Made by a program: the position numbers and the translations under genes. A DNA stretch of 64,000 nt from Camelus ferus (taxonomy: Eukaryota): the NCBI RefSeq assembly GCF_009834535.1, contig NC_045702.1, positions 42,718,001 through 42,782,000 of the forward strand, written 5' to 3'. The notes beneath the pieces are model-generated. The model did no database searches. It was not told the origin of the DNA and was given only the letters and a program-made list of their open reading frames with translations. Positions 1 through 12,790 of the stretch are shown piece after piece. How positions within the stretch are numbered: the stretch's first letter is position 1; every line of letters starts with the position of its first letter.

Positions 1-1530
1 AAAAGCATTGCATACTGGTGGTGATCTTGTGATTCTGTTTTCTTTTCCATTCTCATCCTCCCTTAGTTTTTGCCTGTGGAGTGATCAGAAAATAAAGGCA
101 CTTCTGCAGTGGGTTAAGTTAAACTGAGCTCTTTCCCAGGAAACCAGTCATGCTGCTTATGGAGACTTTACGTTCTGTCTCTAAAATAGGGGACAGGGAA
201 TTAAACTTGCGGAGTCATCCTTAACATCCCTCTGCTGTCTGAGACCTCACTTCCATGCCTCTGAGAGTACCCATTCCTGTTCATAAGCTGGAAACCTCCT
301 CATTCACTCAGAATTACATCTTGCTAGTTAAGTCTACATAAGTTCTACCCAAGTAGTCAATAGTTTCAGAAAGAAAACATGTTTTTGTGTGTGGATTTGT
401 AGTGGTTTACTTTACAGAAGTTTTACACAAGCCCAAAGATGCTTGTCTAGAACCCAGAGTTCATGCAAGGATTGTGGTTTGTGAAAATGCTCTTATGTGT
501 TGTTTTATAAATCCTGGTTTACAGTTGGTTTTTAACTTGATTTATGAACAGAAGTATGACTCTCGTTGACTAAAGTTGATGGGTTTCTCCACACATCCTC
601 TCTCCAGAACTTGTCTCTTTCTCCCTTTTAATAAATTAGGAGTATGGAACACACTGTTCATTTCTTTTTCTTCCAACGTTGGGTTTCAGACTAATTAACA
701 GAAGAAAGCAAGCATGTTTCAGAAATTTGACTTCAAGTACTTGGATATATATCACGAGAACTATTAAAAAGAACAGGATGTTGAGTGTGCCTCTCCTCCC
801 TCGGCGAGCACAGAAACTTCTCTTGGCTGCTCTCAGCGTTGAGGCCGGCCAAGTGTAGCTCTAAGCACCAAAATCTTAGAGACGAAAAGGCCATGTCTCC
901 GTAGGAAAGTGAAGACCCTCTTCTTGGTCTTCAGTTCTGTTTTTGTCGCTGGGTAGCTTTTGAAAATATGTTAAAAAGCTGATCCGTCTTATATACTCCC
1001 TCTCCTCCATTTTGGTGAGGTTCCAAACTTGGAAGAGTTAACCTTTCTAAACTGGAATTTATTAGCTGTAAAAAATGCCTTTGAGCCTTCCTGGAAGTTG
1101 TGAATAGACAGTGAAAATTTCATAGAATTTTTGTCAGTCAGTCTGAAATAACAACTTAAAAAGAAGTTTCAACTCCTTTGGCATTGAAATGTGGGAGTTG
1201 GGGGTGTGTTGGCTGAGTATAGGATAAGAGACAAGATACTGGACATTTGGACAAAATAGACTATACTCTGAAAAAGAAGAGACAAGTCTCAGTTCCATTA
1301 ATGCAGATAATTCCCACATTATTCAATGTCACGTTGGCCAAGTTGTCAGCAGTAACAGAGTCAGGAGTGAGGGGCTGGCAGCCCTCAGTCCTGGTCCTAA
1401 CTTTGCTCTGTTGCTTATTAGGAAAAGTTAGAGTAGCTCATGACTGCCTACCACGGCCCGGGTAGTGGAGGGGGTACATTTCATTAGGAACATTTAGCTT
1501 TGTTTTGTGAACAACTTCAGAAGAGGAATT

Positions 1531-1685
1531 TGGGCATGATTAGTGGACTTTCCGGGTACAATGGGGGTAATAAGAGCTGTCCTCAGAGTTTCCCAATGAT
1601 TAGATGAGTGCTGTGTGTGGTATACTTAGCACAGTGCCTGGCGTGTGGTAAGTGTACGGTTAAGAGTTAGCTGGTGCCATTGTCA
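1531..1685 (+). mobile_element. MIR SINE, 3' half
   Basis: aatgggggtaataagagctg...cttagcacagtgcctggcgtgtggtaagtg resembles the MIR 3' core; boundaries approximate. Confidence 0.75.
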
Positions 1686-2089
1686 CCATTCTTTGTAACC
1701 ATCTGCTCCCATCAAATGCTCAATGGGGAATCCTAACATATTCCAGTAGAAGGGCGGGAGGATCATTGCCCTGCAGTGGAGCGAGCATGGCGCATGGCAC
1801 GCTAGAGGAACTTAAAGGACCTCATTATGGCTGGAGTTCAAGGTCAGGGGTGGGGAGAGGTGGTAGAGGAGGGAGGGCAGAAGCCTGCAAGCCTTGGTAA
1901 GGAGATGGGAAAGGAAACAGCTGGAAGCAGGGGAGAGACCCGATTAAGTTTGCATTTCAGAAAGGTCACTCTGGCCCTACTGTGGCTAGATTAGAGGGAG
2001 GCAAACTGGAGGTAGGGCAGCCAATGAGAAGCAGGTTTGAGTAGTCCTGGCAAGAGGTGACGAGGGCCTGGGCCAGGTGTGATGATGAT

Positions 2090-2310
2090 GAGCACCAGGA
2101 TCATCTCCCTACGTGGCACTGCTGTGCCAGCACTGCTCAGAGTGCCTCATTTATGTTAACTCATTTTTCCTCCAGACTCACTTTGGAGGTCTGTACTGCT
2201 GACATTGCCATTGGACAGACGAGGAAACTAAAGGCCAGGAACTTGCCCAGTCCCATAGTTGTAAATGGCAGGGTCAGGATTTGAACCCAGGCAGACTGTT
2301 CTTGACCATG
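2090..2310 (-). mobile_element. MIR SINE nested in L2
   Basis: acagacgaggaaactaaaggcc...acttgcccagtccc...ggatttgaacccaggcagact is the reverse-complement MIR core. Confidence 0.8.
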
Positions 2311-3181
2311 ACTTATAAGTGATTAGATTCAAGACAGATATAGGTGCTGGAATGGATCACACTTGATGACTTTGACTTGAGGATTGGTGATGAGCCAAGG
2401 TGATGCCTGGTTTCTGGCTTGGGCACCAGGTGGCTGGTGGTGGGCTTGACGGAAGTGGGAGGTACATGATGGGAGCAGACTTGTGACTGATGATGATGAG
2501 AGGTGGGTTCTGGGCATGCTTGACAAGTCCCATTCCAGTAGAATTCAAGTATTGGTTTCGGCAGCATCATCACATAGGTGGTCAGTGAAGCTGTAGGAGC
2601 AGGTAAGCTGGCCCCAAGGGAGAATCTGTACTCTTAAAAGAGCAGAGGGCCCAGAAGAGAATAAAGCCAACATTGGAAAGCCAGGAAGAAGAGGGCCCCA
2701 AAGGAGACAGACAGAGAGTGGCAGAGAGAGTGTGCACAGGGGCCAAGGGAAAGTGGGGTTTGGCTAACAGGCACTTAGTGTACTGCACTTTGTCAAGAGG
2801 TTTAGGAACATTGAGGGAGTCCATCAGATATTGTGAAAATGAGGCCATTTGGTAACTTCAGCTAGATTCAGCTGGCTGGGGAATCTGAATTTGAAAGGGC
2901 TGTGGATCTGGGAAGGGCTGGACGTGGGGGGGTGGGACGCAGCTGTGAAGACAGTTGTGTAGACAGAATCAGGGCTGGGAAGCAGAGAGATAGGAAAGGT
3001 TTTCCTTTGTTTAAAGACAAACGAGTAGGCAGTATAAATGCTTATGGGAAAAGATGCCGGTGGGTGAGTGAGGCCCCCCGAGGAGGTGGAAGAGGGTGGG
3101 ACCTCAGGGGAGGGGAGGCAGGAGGGGAGGCAGGGTGTAGATGCTGGATCCTTGCAGGGGCCAGGGCGGAGGGAGGAGGAA

Positions 3182-3195
3182 GTGCCATCTGGTGG
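3182..3195 (-). promoter_or_regulatory. CTCF core motif (reverse orientation)
   Basis: Reverse complement CCACCAGATGGCAC is a 14/14 match to CCASYAGRKGGCRS; occupancy cannot be seen from sequence. Confidence 0.55.
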
Positions 3196-4241
3196 CTTAC
3201 TCTTTATGTGTTGGTAGGAGGCGAGGTCAATCATCTGCTGAAATGAGGATAGAGGTGGAGAGGTCAGATTTTTAGAGTGGGAGGGATTGCTAATACCTAC
3301 TGCTTAGAAATGGGAGAGGGTGGTGGAGGGAAGTGGGCAGTATTACTAGGAGGAGGGCAGCCTGATGGAGCTGGTTTATACTAAGGTAGAGTTGATTGAC
3401 CTGTCAATCAACTTTGAAACCCCAAGGTTCTCACCAGCCAATAAGTTGGACTCTTGAACTTTGCTTTCTATAGTTTGTATTATTAAAAACATAACAAACA
3501 AAAAAAATCTAGATTTCTTGAAAATGTTTTTTAAAACTACTGGCCCGCCTCCCCTGGAGATTCTCAAACACTCCTGCAAGAAACCTTGCCTGTCATCCCC
3601 TATTCAGAATCTAAGTGGTGGAGTGTCACACGGTACAGAGGAAATGTTTCAGGCATGGGACCTGGTACCCACTTGGAGAAAAAAGTATGTATAGGGATAG
3701 AAGTGTCTGCATGTGTGCCCCTGAATTTTGCCCCTTTAGGGCAGCTTCGTGTTTACACAGGTCACTAGTCCCTCCCTTGGCTGGTATCATGTCATGTTTT
3801 TTGTTGTTTGTTTTTTGTTGTTGTCGGTTTTTAAAAGATCTCCTGTCCCCACTTTACCTCCCGACTCCAGCTTAGAACCAGCTGTTCCTCTTTTGTTCTC
3901 ATCTCCATCCTCCCACCTGTGTTTCCTCCCTGCCTCCGGACCCTCTGTGGGGTGGGCTGTGACTTACTGGCTTGCCTGGACCTTGGTTGTCTCTCAAAAG
4001 CACCATCCAGCCCCAGGCCCACTCCAGGTATGTCCCATTGAGCCACTGGTCCCCTTCTCCTCCAGGATGGAATTCCTAGCTCAGAACCTCAGAGCTCTGT
4101 TGCTCTGCCCACTGCCTCTCCAGCCTCAGGGGGATGTCACTAAGGAGGGAAGTTAGCAGGGGCCACACCAAGCGTACTTCTTACCAGCCTCTCTTAGCTG
4201 AATCCTTTTAAAACTTGTTTGCCATTAAAACCAGGTTTTAC

Positions 4242-4281
4242 GTTGTAAATCAACTATACTTCAATTAAAAAAGAAAAGAAA
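4242..4281 (+). mobile_element. Ultra-short 5'-truncated L1 insertion (3' tip plus A tail)
   Basis: gttgtaaatcaactatacttcaatt is the artiodactyl L1 3' terminus, followed by an A-rich tail; flanked by exact 16-bp direct repeat TAAAACCAGGTTTTAC (4226-4241 and 4282-4297). Confidence 0.85.
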
Positions 4282-5544
4282 TAAAACCAGGTTTTACTTA
4301 AATAGCAGTAAAAAATAGTTATTTATGGCCTTTGAATCTTGGGCAAAGGCAAAAACAAGAAAAATTAATCTGTCTTTATATTTGGCAAATGAAAATACAG
4401 CCCAAGTTGGATATGTATTTTACTTCATTTAAAAAGAAAAAAAAATCCTGGTTGTGACCTTCTGCCTTGGTTGACCCAGCATTTGAAACACACTGCCTTA
4501 TCTTTGGTTTATAAGTTAATTGTCAAATGACACAATAGGAAATCTGTATTTTTAGATCCAAGGAGTTTTATATATGAAGGAACAAAGTAGTCACCATCCC
4601 CACTCATATGTAAAATCCAGCTTTGTCAGCCCTTTCGAATCCACATGTTTATTACTGTGTACTGCCACTACTTGACACTGCACACGCTTCTCCGCAGGAG
4701 AAGTTGTATAATCGTGGAAGGAGCACAGAGCTAGCAATCCGGGGAGCGGTGGGCAAGTCCCCTCTGGGAGCCCGATGAGTTGTGTGGTTTTTAAGCCAGT
4801 AAAAGTCACCTCTTAGTGTTTCAAATTCTTCCTACAAAATGCAGTACCTGGACTGGAATTTTGGTTTTATGTTTTCTTAGTTCCAAGATTCTTTACTTTA
4901 TAAAATAGCTTAGAGACGTCAGTGTCCAGAAACCTATTTTTGAGTACTACTCAAATATAAACATTTTCTCAAACCTGAACCTTCCAGTGTATGTTCTTTC
5001 TCAGTATTTTTCCTAGTTAATTCAAATTTCACATTCAACTTTCAGAAGTAAACAGAGGAAAAAATTTTCATTCTATGACAATGCGATTTTATTTCCTGTT
5101 CAAGTACCCAACCAATTTTTGGGAGTCAACAAAATTATACTGTGAAAGTTCCTCTTTTCAGGCAGCAATGCGGTCGCATCTCACCAATGTCACTCTATTA
5201 AAAACCGTGTAGTCCCCACGGAAGTGTCTTGCATCCCTGGCCACAGGGCAGCATTGCCGAGCGGCACTCTGTCCTGAAAACAGCCTTTGCTCCAGGCAGC
5301 TGACCTCTCTACACCTGCTCAGCCTGTTTGTCCATGGTTGTGGGCTCCCATCATAAAGCCACATAAAGATTTATTTCCTTCAAAATGCATGTCATTTTCC
5401 AGATTGCTAGTTTTTTCCTGCCCCGGTGCCTCAGCTGTATTTGGTTAGTATCCTTGTATTCATTGGCCACTTTTGTCGAGTTTTTTTTACATTCGTGTAT
5501 GGCTGCTTCCCCAGCTAGACTGAAGGGTGCTACTTAGTGCTTTT

Positions 5545-5846
5545 TTTTTTTTTTAACTTTTTTTTATTGAGTTATAGTCATTTTACAATGTTGTGTCAAA
5601 TTCCAGTGTAGAGCACAATTTTTCAGTTATACATGAATATACATATATATTAATTGTCACATTTTTTTCGCTGTGAGCTACCACAAGATCTTGTATATAT
5701 TTCCCTGTGCTATACAGTATAATCTTGTTTATGTATTCTGCATATGCCTGTCAGTATCTACAAATTTTGAAATCCCAAGTCTGTCCGTTCCCACCCCCTG
5801 CCGCCTTGGCCACCACAAGTTTGTGTTCTGTGTCTATGAGTCTGTT
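5545..5846 (-). mobile_element. Camelid-type L1 3' end, 5'-truncated
   Basis: PolyT then ttattgagttatagtcattttacaatgttgtgtcaaattccagtgtagagcacaat...; 14-bp TSD TACTTAGTGCTTTT (5531-5544 and 5847-5860); inserted into an L2 3' remnant. Confidence 0.9.
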
Positions 5847-5983
5847 TACTTAGTGCTTTTGACTGAGTGAGCAAGTGCGTGACTCCATTGCTGCAAGTGG
5901 AGAAATGACATGAGTGGGCCAGTGATGTCATCTTTGTTTACCAAAAATGTGATATTACTATTCTAATTGTCACTGGATTGTTT

Positions 5984-6334
5984 TGTGGTAGTCTTTAGTG
6001 GTGGTCTGCCCAATATCTCCATTTCTGCCCCCTTCTAGGCACATAGCAGGGTCACACCTCCCAGACCTTGGCTGAGAGTGAGTTATATGATTGGTGAATC
6101 AAATTGGCTGGTCCCTGTGAATGGTTCTGGCCAGTGAGTTCCAAGTAGGAGATGATGTGTGGCACTTCTGGGCAAGACCATGTAATTGCTGATGTGAGGT
6201 TCTCTGGGGTCCCCTTGTCCGTTGCACAGTGACCGACATCTCTTAATGGGCAAGTCACATGACCAAGAAATAAACCTTATGGATTTGGGGGTTGTTTGTT
6301 TCCTCAGCAGAATTTACCCTCTCCTGATTATACA
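5984..6334 (+). mobile_element. MaLR solo LTR (MLT1-type)
   Basis: TG...CA termini; ttctggccagtgag...gtggcacttctgggc, agaaataaacctt, gatttggggttgtttgtt...cctgattataca. Confidence 0.7.
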
Positions 6335-6383
6335 GTGTTATTTTCTTCTGCTTGGAGATTATAATGTGCATTATGATATGTAA

Positions 6384-6625
6384 CACAGCATAGCAGTTAA
6401 GAGCACAAACGCGGAACCAGAATGCCTGGGCTTGATTCCTGCCTCTGCCACTTACTAATCGTGTGAACTTGGGTTAAGTGTTAACTTCTGTGTGCCTCAA
6501 TTTCCTCATATATAAAATTGGGAATTCAATAATAGTGTCTATGTTAGGGAATGGTTACAAGAATTTAATGTGTTAATATTTATTAAGAGGCTTGGTCTGT
6601 GTTTAGGTATCTATTGATTAAAATA
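6384..6625 (+). mobile_element. MIR SINE, near full length
   Basis: agcatagcagttaagagcac...ctctgccacttact...tgtgcctcaatttcctcat...aaaattggg. Confidence 0.9.
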
Positions 6626-7881
6626 AATAAGTGTACCAAAGAGCTGTGGGTGAGCTTAAAGCATTGCCCATCTACATGAAGGTAGGTCTGAGATCTCAAA
6701 GATGGCCTGTGAAGCAGGCCGGTGACTAGGGCAGGCCAGTAACATGGAGCTGACCGTGCACCTGCATCTGGGATTCTTTGAGTGCTTCTGAGCCAGTGGC
6801 AGACTGGGAGCCTGGAGCCCATCGTGCCTGTGCAGAAGCACGTAGCACCCTGGACCTCAGAAAGGAAGGTTGCCATGTGGCCATTGGAGTCATGGAATTT
6901 CTAAGATTTACATCTTTCTTGTCATTGTCCCACTCCTCTGTGCAGGCAGACCTCCCAGCCTGGGGCTGCCTTCTTTATTTTGGGGTTCCCAAGCCCTCCC
7001 CCTTCATTTAGCTGGAATCCCTCCTGCTTCCAAAGGCATTCTTACTCGAATTTTAGACAACTGTGATTTCCGCCCACCCTGCCCTTTATAAACATCCAGT
7101 TCATAGAACTCCCCCATATTTTACCTCAGGACGAAATGTAGGTACACTCATGTAAGTTAATATACCTGTGCTGTTAGTTCCATTGTATCACTGGTGTGTT
7201 ACTTCATCTGTTTAAAGAAACAAGCTCTGAGGTGAGGATTTGGCTTAACTCATTTCTACAGGGCTTAGTAAAATGCTCTGTGGAATTGGAGACACCTAAT
7301 AAATGCTTTAGGCTTTTGAATGATGCTGTAATCATTTTAATGGAAGTTGATGTGTGCACTTTTAAACAAATGGCATATTTTCCAGCAACATTCTGGCAAA
7401 TTAGCAGTTTCTAAATTACAAAAAAAAGGTCTGTACTTAGAAAATGAATTTTGTAAACTGCAGTAATATGCAGTTATTTATTGCTAAGCTGATTTAAGCA
7501 GAGGCTGAAATGCAGTGGTAGAACCAAGATTTTTTTTTTTTACTCTATTTGTTTTCTGAAAAGTTGGTTGGTATGGCAGGGGTTAGGTGTGAAAGGAGGG
7601 CAGTTTAAAGGCGTTATTGTGAATTTAAAGCATATTTAAAGAGTGAGTTAAAAAACCCTTTATATTAGGTTAACAGATGTGATCTGGCACCACCTCTTCC
7701 CACACATGTGCCCTTTTCATTAGAAATGTGTGCCTGATGTGGTGCAGATGGCATTTAAGCCACTTAGTAATATTTTCCACAACCTGTTTTTAGTAATTAG
7801 GCTTGAATTTGCTGGTTCAAAATACAGAACTTGCTTTTTGGCAACTTTGTAAACTAAGGAACTTGAAATGTGGCCAGTAGA

Positions 7882-7895
7882 CCAGCAGAGGGCAG
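7882..7895 (+). promoter_or_regulatory. CTCF core motif (forward orientation)
   Basis: CCAGCAGAGGGCAG is a 14/14 match to CCASYAGRKGGCRS, in non-repeat sequence. Confidence 0.65.
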
Positions 7896-8558
7896 TGTAA
7901 GTCAGTGTTTTATTGGCAGTCAGCATCCCGAGGCTGGGTTTCCACATTGAAGAACTAGAATGTTCTCAGTTTGAGAGGTGTGATTTGAGACTTAAAAAAA
8001 AAAAAAAAAGAAAAAAAATTAATTGACAATGACAAAGTCTTTTGTTGACTGTCCTCTAGTAAGAAGACAAGTTGTACAGAATAGATTTACACTGACTTTT
8101 ATTTTATTAATTTAATTTTTTCCTGATTTTTCCATCGATCAGTATGCTTGACTGTGTGAAAGGTATAGTCCTTTTATAAACTATTTCATTAATGCACTGA
8201 AAAGACAAGATATTTGACAAGAGATGTTTTTCCTCAGCTCAGTTAGTGGACACTAATTTTTTTCAATGTCTTGTCCATGAGGGATTTTCGTTGCTTTTAT
8301 GACAAGGGAGTAAAGGAGTAAAGGGCATTTCCGAGTTACGTGGCCAAGTGTCAGTGACTTTTGGAGAGTAACGTCAGGACTGCCGCTTGGTAGATTCTGT
8401 TGTGCTCATAACACAACACTGTTGCCTTTTTATACAAACATTTTTCCTCATCACAGAACCGCTCAGCAAACCCAGCCCTCTCACTCTCTCATTCCCCTTA
8501 GTCTTCTTTTCTCCAACATCAAATGCAGACATGATCTCTACCTTCTCACTTCTGTCTT

Positions 8559-8718
8559 AATTTTTTAAATTATTTTTTAATTATTAATTTTTAAATTTGG
8601 GGGTGGGTGGGTAATTAGGCTTCTTTATTATTTTCAGTGGAGGTGCTGGAGATTGAGCCCAGGACCTTGTGCATGCTAAGCATGTGCTGTGCCACTGAAG
8701 GATACCCTCCCCCCACCG
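8559..8718 (-). mobile_element. Vic-1-type camelid tRNA-Ala-derived SINE
   Basis: Reverse-complement head (gattgagcccaggaccttgtgcatgctaagcatgtgc), cctaattaccc tail motif and A-rich tail; 11-bp TSD ACTTCTGTCTT (8548-8558 and 8719-8729). Confidence 0.9.
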
Positions 8719-8802
8719 ACTTCTGTCTTTAAAGCAGCCTCTCTCTAAGTTCTGCTGACCCCTCTCCCTCTTTGTGTCTTACCTCTCACACTATACTCCC
8801 TC

Positions 8803-9171
8803 TGTTACGGACTGAAATTCATATCTCGAAGCCCTAAACCCTGATGTGACTGTATTTGGAGACAGGGCTTGTGAGGAGGAGACAAAAGGGTCAATGAGGC
8901 CACGAGAGTAGGGACCTAATCCTATAAGATTGAGGCCCTAATAAGAAGGAAGAGATGCGCTCGCTCGCTCTCCCCTCAGTCTCTCTGCTGTGTGAGGACC
9001 CAGGAGAGGGTGGCCATCTGCAAGCCAGAAAGAGGGCTCTCACCAGGATACGAACGGGCTGGCACCTTGATCTGGGGCTTCTGGCCTCCAGAACTGTGAG
9101 CATATGAAAGTCTGTTGTTTAGACCACCCAGTCTGGGTATTTTGCTACAGCAGCGGGACCTGACTAAGACA
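8803..9171 (+). mobile_element. MaLR solo LTR (MLT1A-like)
   Basis: tgttacggactgaa...gtgactgtatttggagacaggg...gccatctgcaagccag...ggcctccagaactgtgag...ctaagaca. Confidence 0.9.
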
Positions 9172-9229
9172 CGTATTAGTATCTGTGAGGATCCAAGGTT
9201 CAGAGACAGGAACTGTCACGGCATGCTGG

Positions 9230-9475
9230 CAGGTAGAGGAGGGTCTGCTGGAAGGACAGGCAGGCTGAGGCCTGGCAGAAGGGCAGGTAATGCTTGAGGC
9301 AGGGGCCTGGCCCAGGAGGTCTGGGAGAGTGAGTGAACACATGAAGTGACTGCTGCATCTGAGGGAGCGTGTAGATAGACTTGGGTGAAGATGCAGAATT
9401 GTGAGAATGCATGGGGTACATTTGGTGAAGCCTTGAAAACTAGTCTGAGCAGTTAGGCCTTGACGCTGTGGGGGG
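9230..9475 (-). mobile_element. L2 fragment
   Basis: Diverged purine-rich L2-like stretch ending gaagccttgaaaactagtctgagcagttaggcc. Confidence 0.5.
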
Positions 9476-10404
9476 CTTCTCAAAGCAGGGGTTGCCAGAC
9501 TTTTGGGAACACGTGGATGTCAGGGGTAAGCCAAACCACAGGATAAGGACTGTGCACCTCTCTGGGGTGCCAGCTTTTCTGGGCAAGGCTTCTTTCTGGA
9601 TGGGACTTCAGAAATATTTCTGGATATTTATTCTTTTCTGCCTTTCTAAGGTGCTTTGATGGGACAGCCCAGGGGTGTGGAGCAAAAAGGGCATCGTTAA
9701 AGACCATGAACACAAACATGAAGAAAGTGGTGGATGGAGCAGGCTTTGGGTCTCTTTGTCTCTGTTTTCTTCTTCCAGAAATTTCCAAGTGCTCTGTGCC
9801 TAATGGTGCATTCTTCCCTGGTGGCATTGCTGTAAGGCAGTGGCTGCTCTTCAGCAGATGGTAATCTGGAAACAGAGGTGACCCACACGCATTCCTGTGT
9901 GTAGGGCCACAGACACATCGTCTCATGTTTCTGAGACAGAAGCCCAGGCCGGCCAGAGCCTCTCCAGGCCTTTCGAGCTGCTTACTATTGGCTTTTCAGA
10001 TGATGGGCAAAGCGGGCCCCTGAGAGTTGGGGCCTGGAAAGGTCGTGACCTCTGATGTTGGGCAAGCTGGTCCTTCAACTTCTGCCTTGCCACTTCCAGC
10101 TGTGGAAACTTGATGCGGAAAATGGGGCCTTTACTTGGGGTGAGCATTAGGGATCTGTGTTAATGGAGAAAGGGAAGGATGGGTATTGGATTGGCAGTTT
10201 TTGTCTTCTGTTTTTAGATTTCTTCTTGGTTAAAAATATATGTAAATATCTGTTGCCACAAACAGAACTTTGACTTCTCTTTCAAAGGGTCCCACTGCTG
10301 ATTTTTGTGCATTTTCATGTCCCACAGTCTACCACATTTTGGACATTTCCACCTTTTCTCACCTCTGAGACAATGGGGGGGCATTTATCACTGTCTGACA
10401 TGAT

Positions 10405-10565
10405 CTTATTTCTGTGTTTTTACGTGGTTATCATCTGTCTCTTGCTTTCACTGTACAAGAATAAAAGTTCCGTTAGGGCCAGAACCTTGGTCTGTCTCAC
10501 AAGTGTTTCCACATTTGTGATGTGCTGGTGGTACTTGATATATATTTGTGGATGAAGGGATGAGA
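10405..10565 (+). mobile_element. L2 3' end
   Basis: ...agggccagaaccttggtctgtctcac...tacttgatatatatttgtggatgaagggatga. Confidence 0.65.
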
Positions 10566-12619
10566 CAGTGAAGGGGGAGGAGCGAGTTTTACTGTGCCTT
10601 GAATTCATTCTTTGCTCCTCTGCCTCTGCTATCAGCCTAATCTGCTGTCAGCCCACCCCTTCCTCGGTTGTCAGTGACCCCTTCTAAAAGGTATCCTTGT
10701 TATTGGCTTGTTTGTGGGCATTGCCACAGGGAAGTGGGGAGGCGCTACAGCATCTGAAAAGAAGGAAGCAGCTCCTGTGAGTTGGGGTGTGCTCTGGGTT
10801 CCATGAAGAGAGGGGGAATCTAGCCCCTGAGCTCCGTCACTTTTCGCCAGATGGGCTGTGTCCTGACTCAGCAACTTATCAGCAGAATAGCCCCCTGAGC
10901 GCACTGCCTAGGGGACCTGGAAGAATCTTAGCCGTGTGAAATGGGCATACACACCAGCAGAAATTTTCAGCAAACTGAAAAGAAGATACCTGAGTGCTAA
11001 CAGATCAAGATTCTGGTTTTTCAGAGAATTACGTCTGAAATTATTCCATCAGTACTATTTTGTTTGCAACACTGAATTCACTGATTCTAGCTAATGGTGG
11101 GTGATGGGGGTGATACGTCAGATACCAAAACATCACAACTGAAGAATGTTTTAAAAGTGATGTGGCCTTTGATGTACTTCAAGTATACATGGCAACTAGA
11201 ACTAGAACCCCGTGTAGAAATCCTTCACGGGACATGTTCCAATAAAGGGATTAAAATGATACTAACATTGATTATTTGCCTATGAATGGAAATTTCTAGG
11301 TAGAAATTTCTGAAAGCAGTTCTATGAAGTAGTTTAAGCAGTGCCCCCACTTAGAATTTTTTGAGCACTTTCTTAACATGTGGTGAAACAGCAAAGATCA
11401 GTCAAGCTCTGTATTTTAACTAAGTGAAAGCCAAAATAAGGTGTCATTTCTAAAAATGAGATCTTTTTATTTCCTTCTTTTTCTACTTCGGCAATTGTTG
11501 GTATGACTCTGCTTTTTTTCCCCCTAAAATGGGATATTAAAAGTTAGATTATGGCTGCCAGATTTTTAAAAGTAATTTGAAACTAATGAAAGTTGATAGT
11601 TTAAATATTAACTCCTATCCATTGGGTGCCCTTTACGTATATGTGAACACAATGTTTACTTATATACATGGGGTCATATATAACACTCCAGATATGCCCC
11701 CAAGGAGAGGACAAAAGAAATACCTAAGAGATTCCCTAAATCTTAACCTTTTTTATGTGGAAGTTGGATGTTGCTATGTACTTGTGTAATTAAGCCATTA
11801 CAGCACAAAATTTTTTCTTGTAGTAACAACACTTGAATTGCATGAAATGTTATTGCTAAATTGATTTTACAAGGTTTTGACCTACTGGCGTGCTAAGGTA
11901 AAAGCTGAGTACTTTAAGTTCTGCCAAGTGGGTTTCAAAGACCCTTACATGTAATTTAAAGTAAAAGAATATTTTCCTGCTTGGGCCACACACACTGACT
12001 ATTCTGACAGAGATATGGATGTTGAGGTATATTTCTAAATTTTAAAACCCAAAAGTAGTAAACAAATTTTACATTAAATGAGTTTCCCTTTGAGCTTACT
12101 ATGTATTTAAATTTATAGTGAGCTCTTCATTCAGGATTCATTTTTTTCCATGTTAATAGTAAGTTGATTTTCAGAGCATATTAGAAATTAAAACCTTATT
12201 CTCTTTTCTCTAAAAATGGATTTAATGGGAGTAATACTTAAATTTAAAAATCTAAACTATTTTAAGAATGTTCTTAGTGGTGAAATTGGTATGGTAGCAC
12301 ATTGGGAGCAAGGGAAAATGTCTCATAAATACCTAGTTTTAACAACTGTGGTTTTTAATAATTGTGAAAAATAATATGACTGTTAGAGGGAAACATTAAA
12401 TACTCATGAAAATATGGACTTCTATTTGAGACTTAATGAAAAATTGAAGTTCAGGGTCATAAAGTACGACTCTCAAAAGTATATAAAAACAATATTATTT
12501 CACGTGCTAGAATTAGAAAAATAAGATTTCTAATTAATTCTTAAAGAAAAGAAAAGAAAAAAATTATAGAATAGGACAAGAGAATGATTTGAATAGGAAA
12601 AGGAAGAAAAACAAAACAG

Positions 12620-12790
12620 GATAAGGAGGCCTGGCTAAAAGTCAGATAACTTGGCTTCAGCCTGGGTTCCATCCTTGTGGCTGTGTTTAGCAGCTAAGCC
12701 TCATTCTCCTCTGTGATAGGGAGTAATAATACCAGTTTCAGAGGGTATTGTGACGCTCAGATGAGATGATTCAGATACAGAGTGAGTAAG
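12620..12790 (+). mobile_element. MIR fragment
   Basis: cctcattctcctctgtgatagggagtaataatacc...gggtattgtgacgctcagatgagatga. Confidence 0.65.

Larger units (their letters stand above)
1760..3330 (-). mobile_element. L2 LINE fragment (interrupted by MIR)
   Basis: Purine-rich diverged L2 hallmarks such as tttgcatttcagaaaggtcactctggc, gaggtgacgagggcctgg, ccaaggtgatgcctggtttctggcttggg; explains the spurious ORFs at 2.0-3.2 kb. Confidence 0.75.

Noticed and set aside
4591-4809. 72-aa minus-strand ORF with a protein-like look (…VQCQVVAVHSNKHVDSKGLTKLDFTYEW)
   Set aside because: No convincing splice sites and no family recognised
10040-10051. AGGTCGTGACCT, 11/12 match to the palindromic nuclear-receptor IR0 element
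   Set aside because: Single short motif with a chance expectation of about 0.1-0.2 per window and no supporting context
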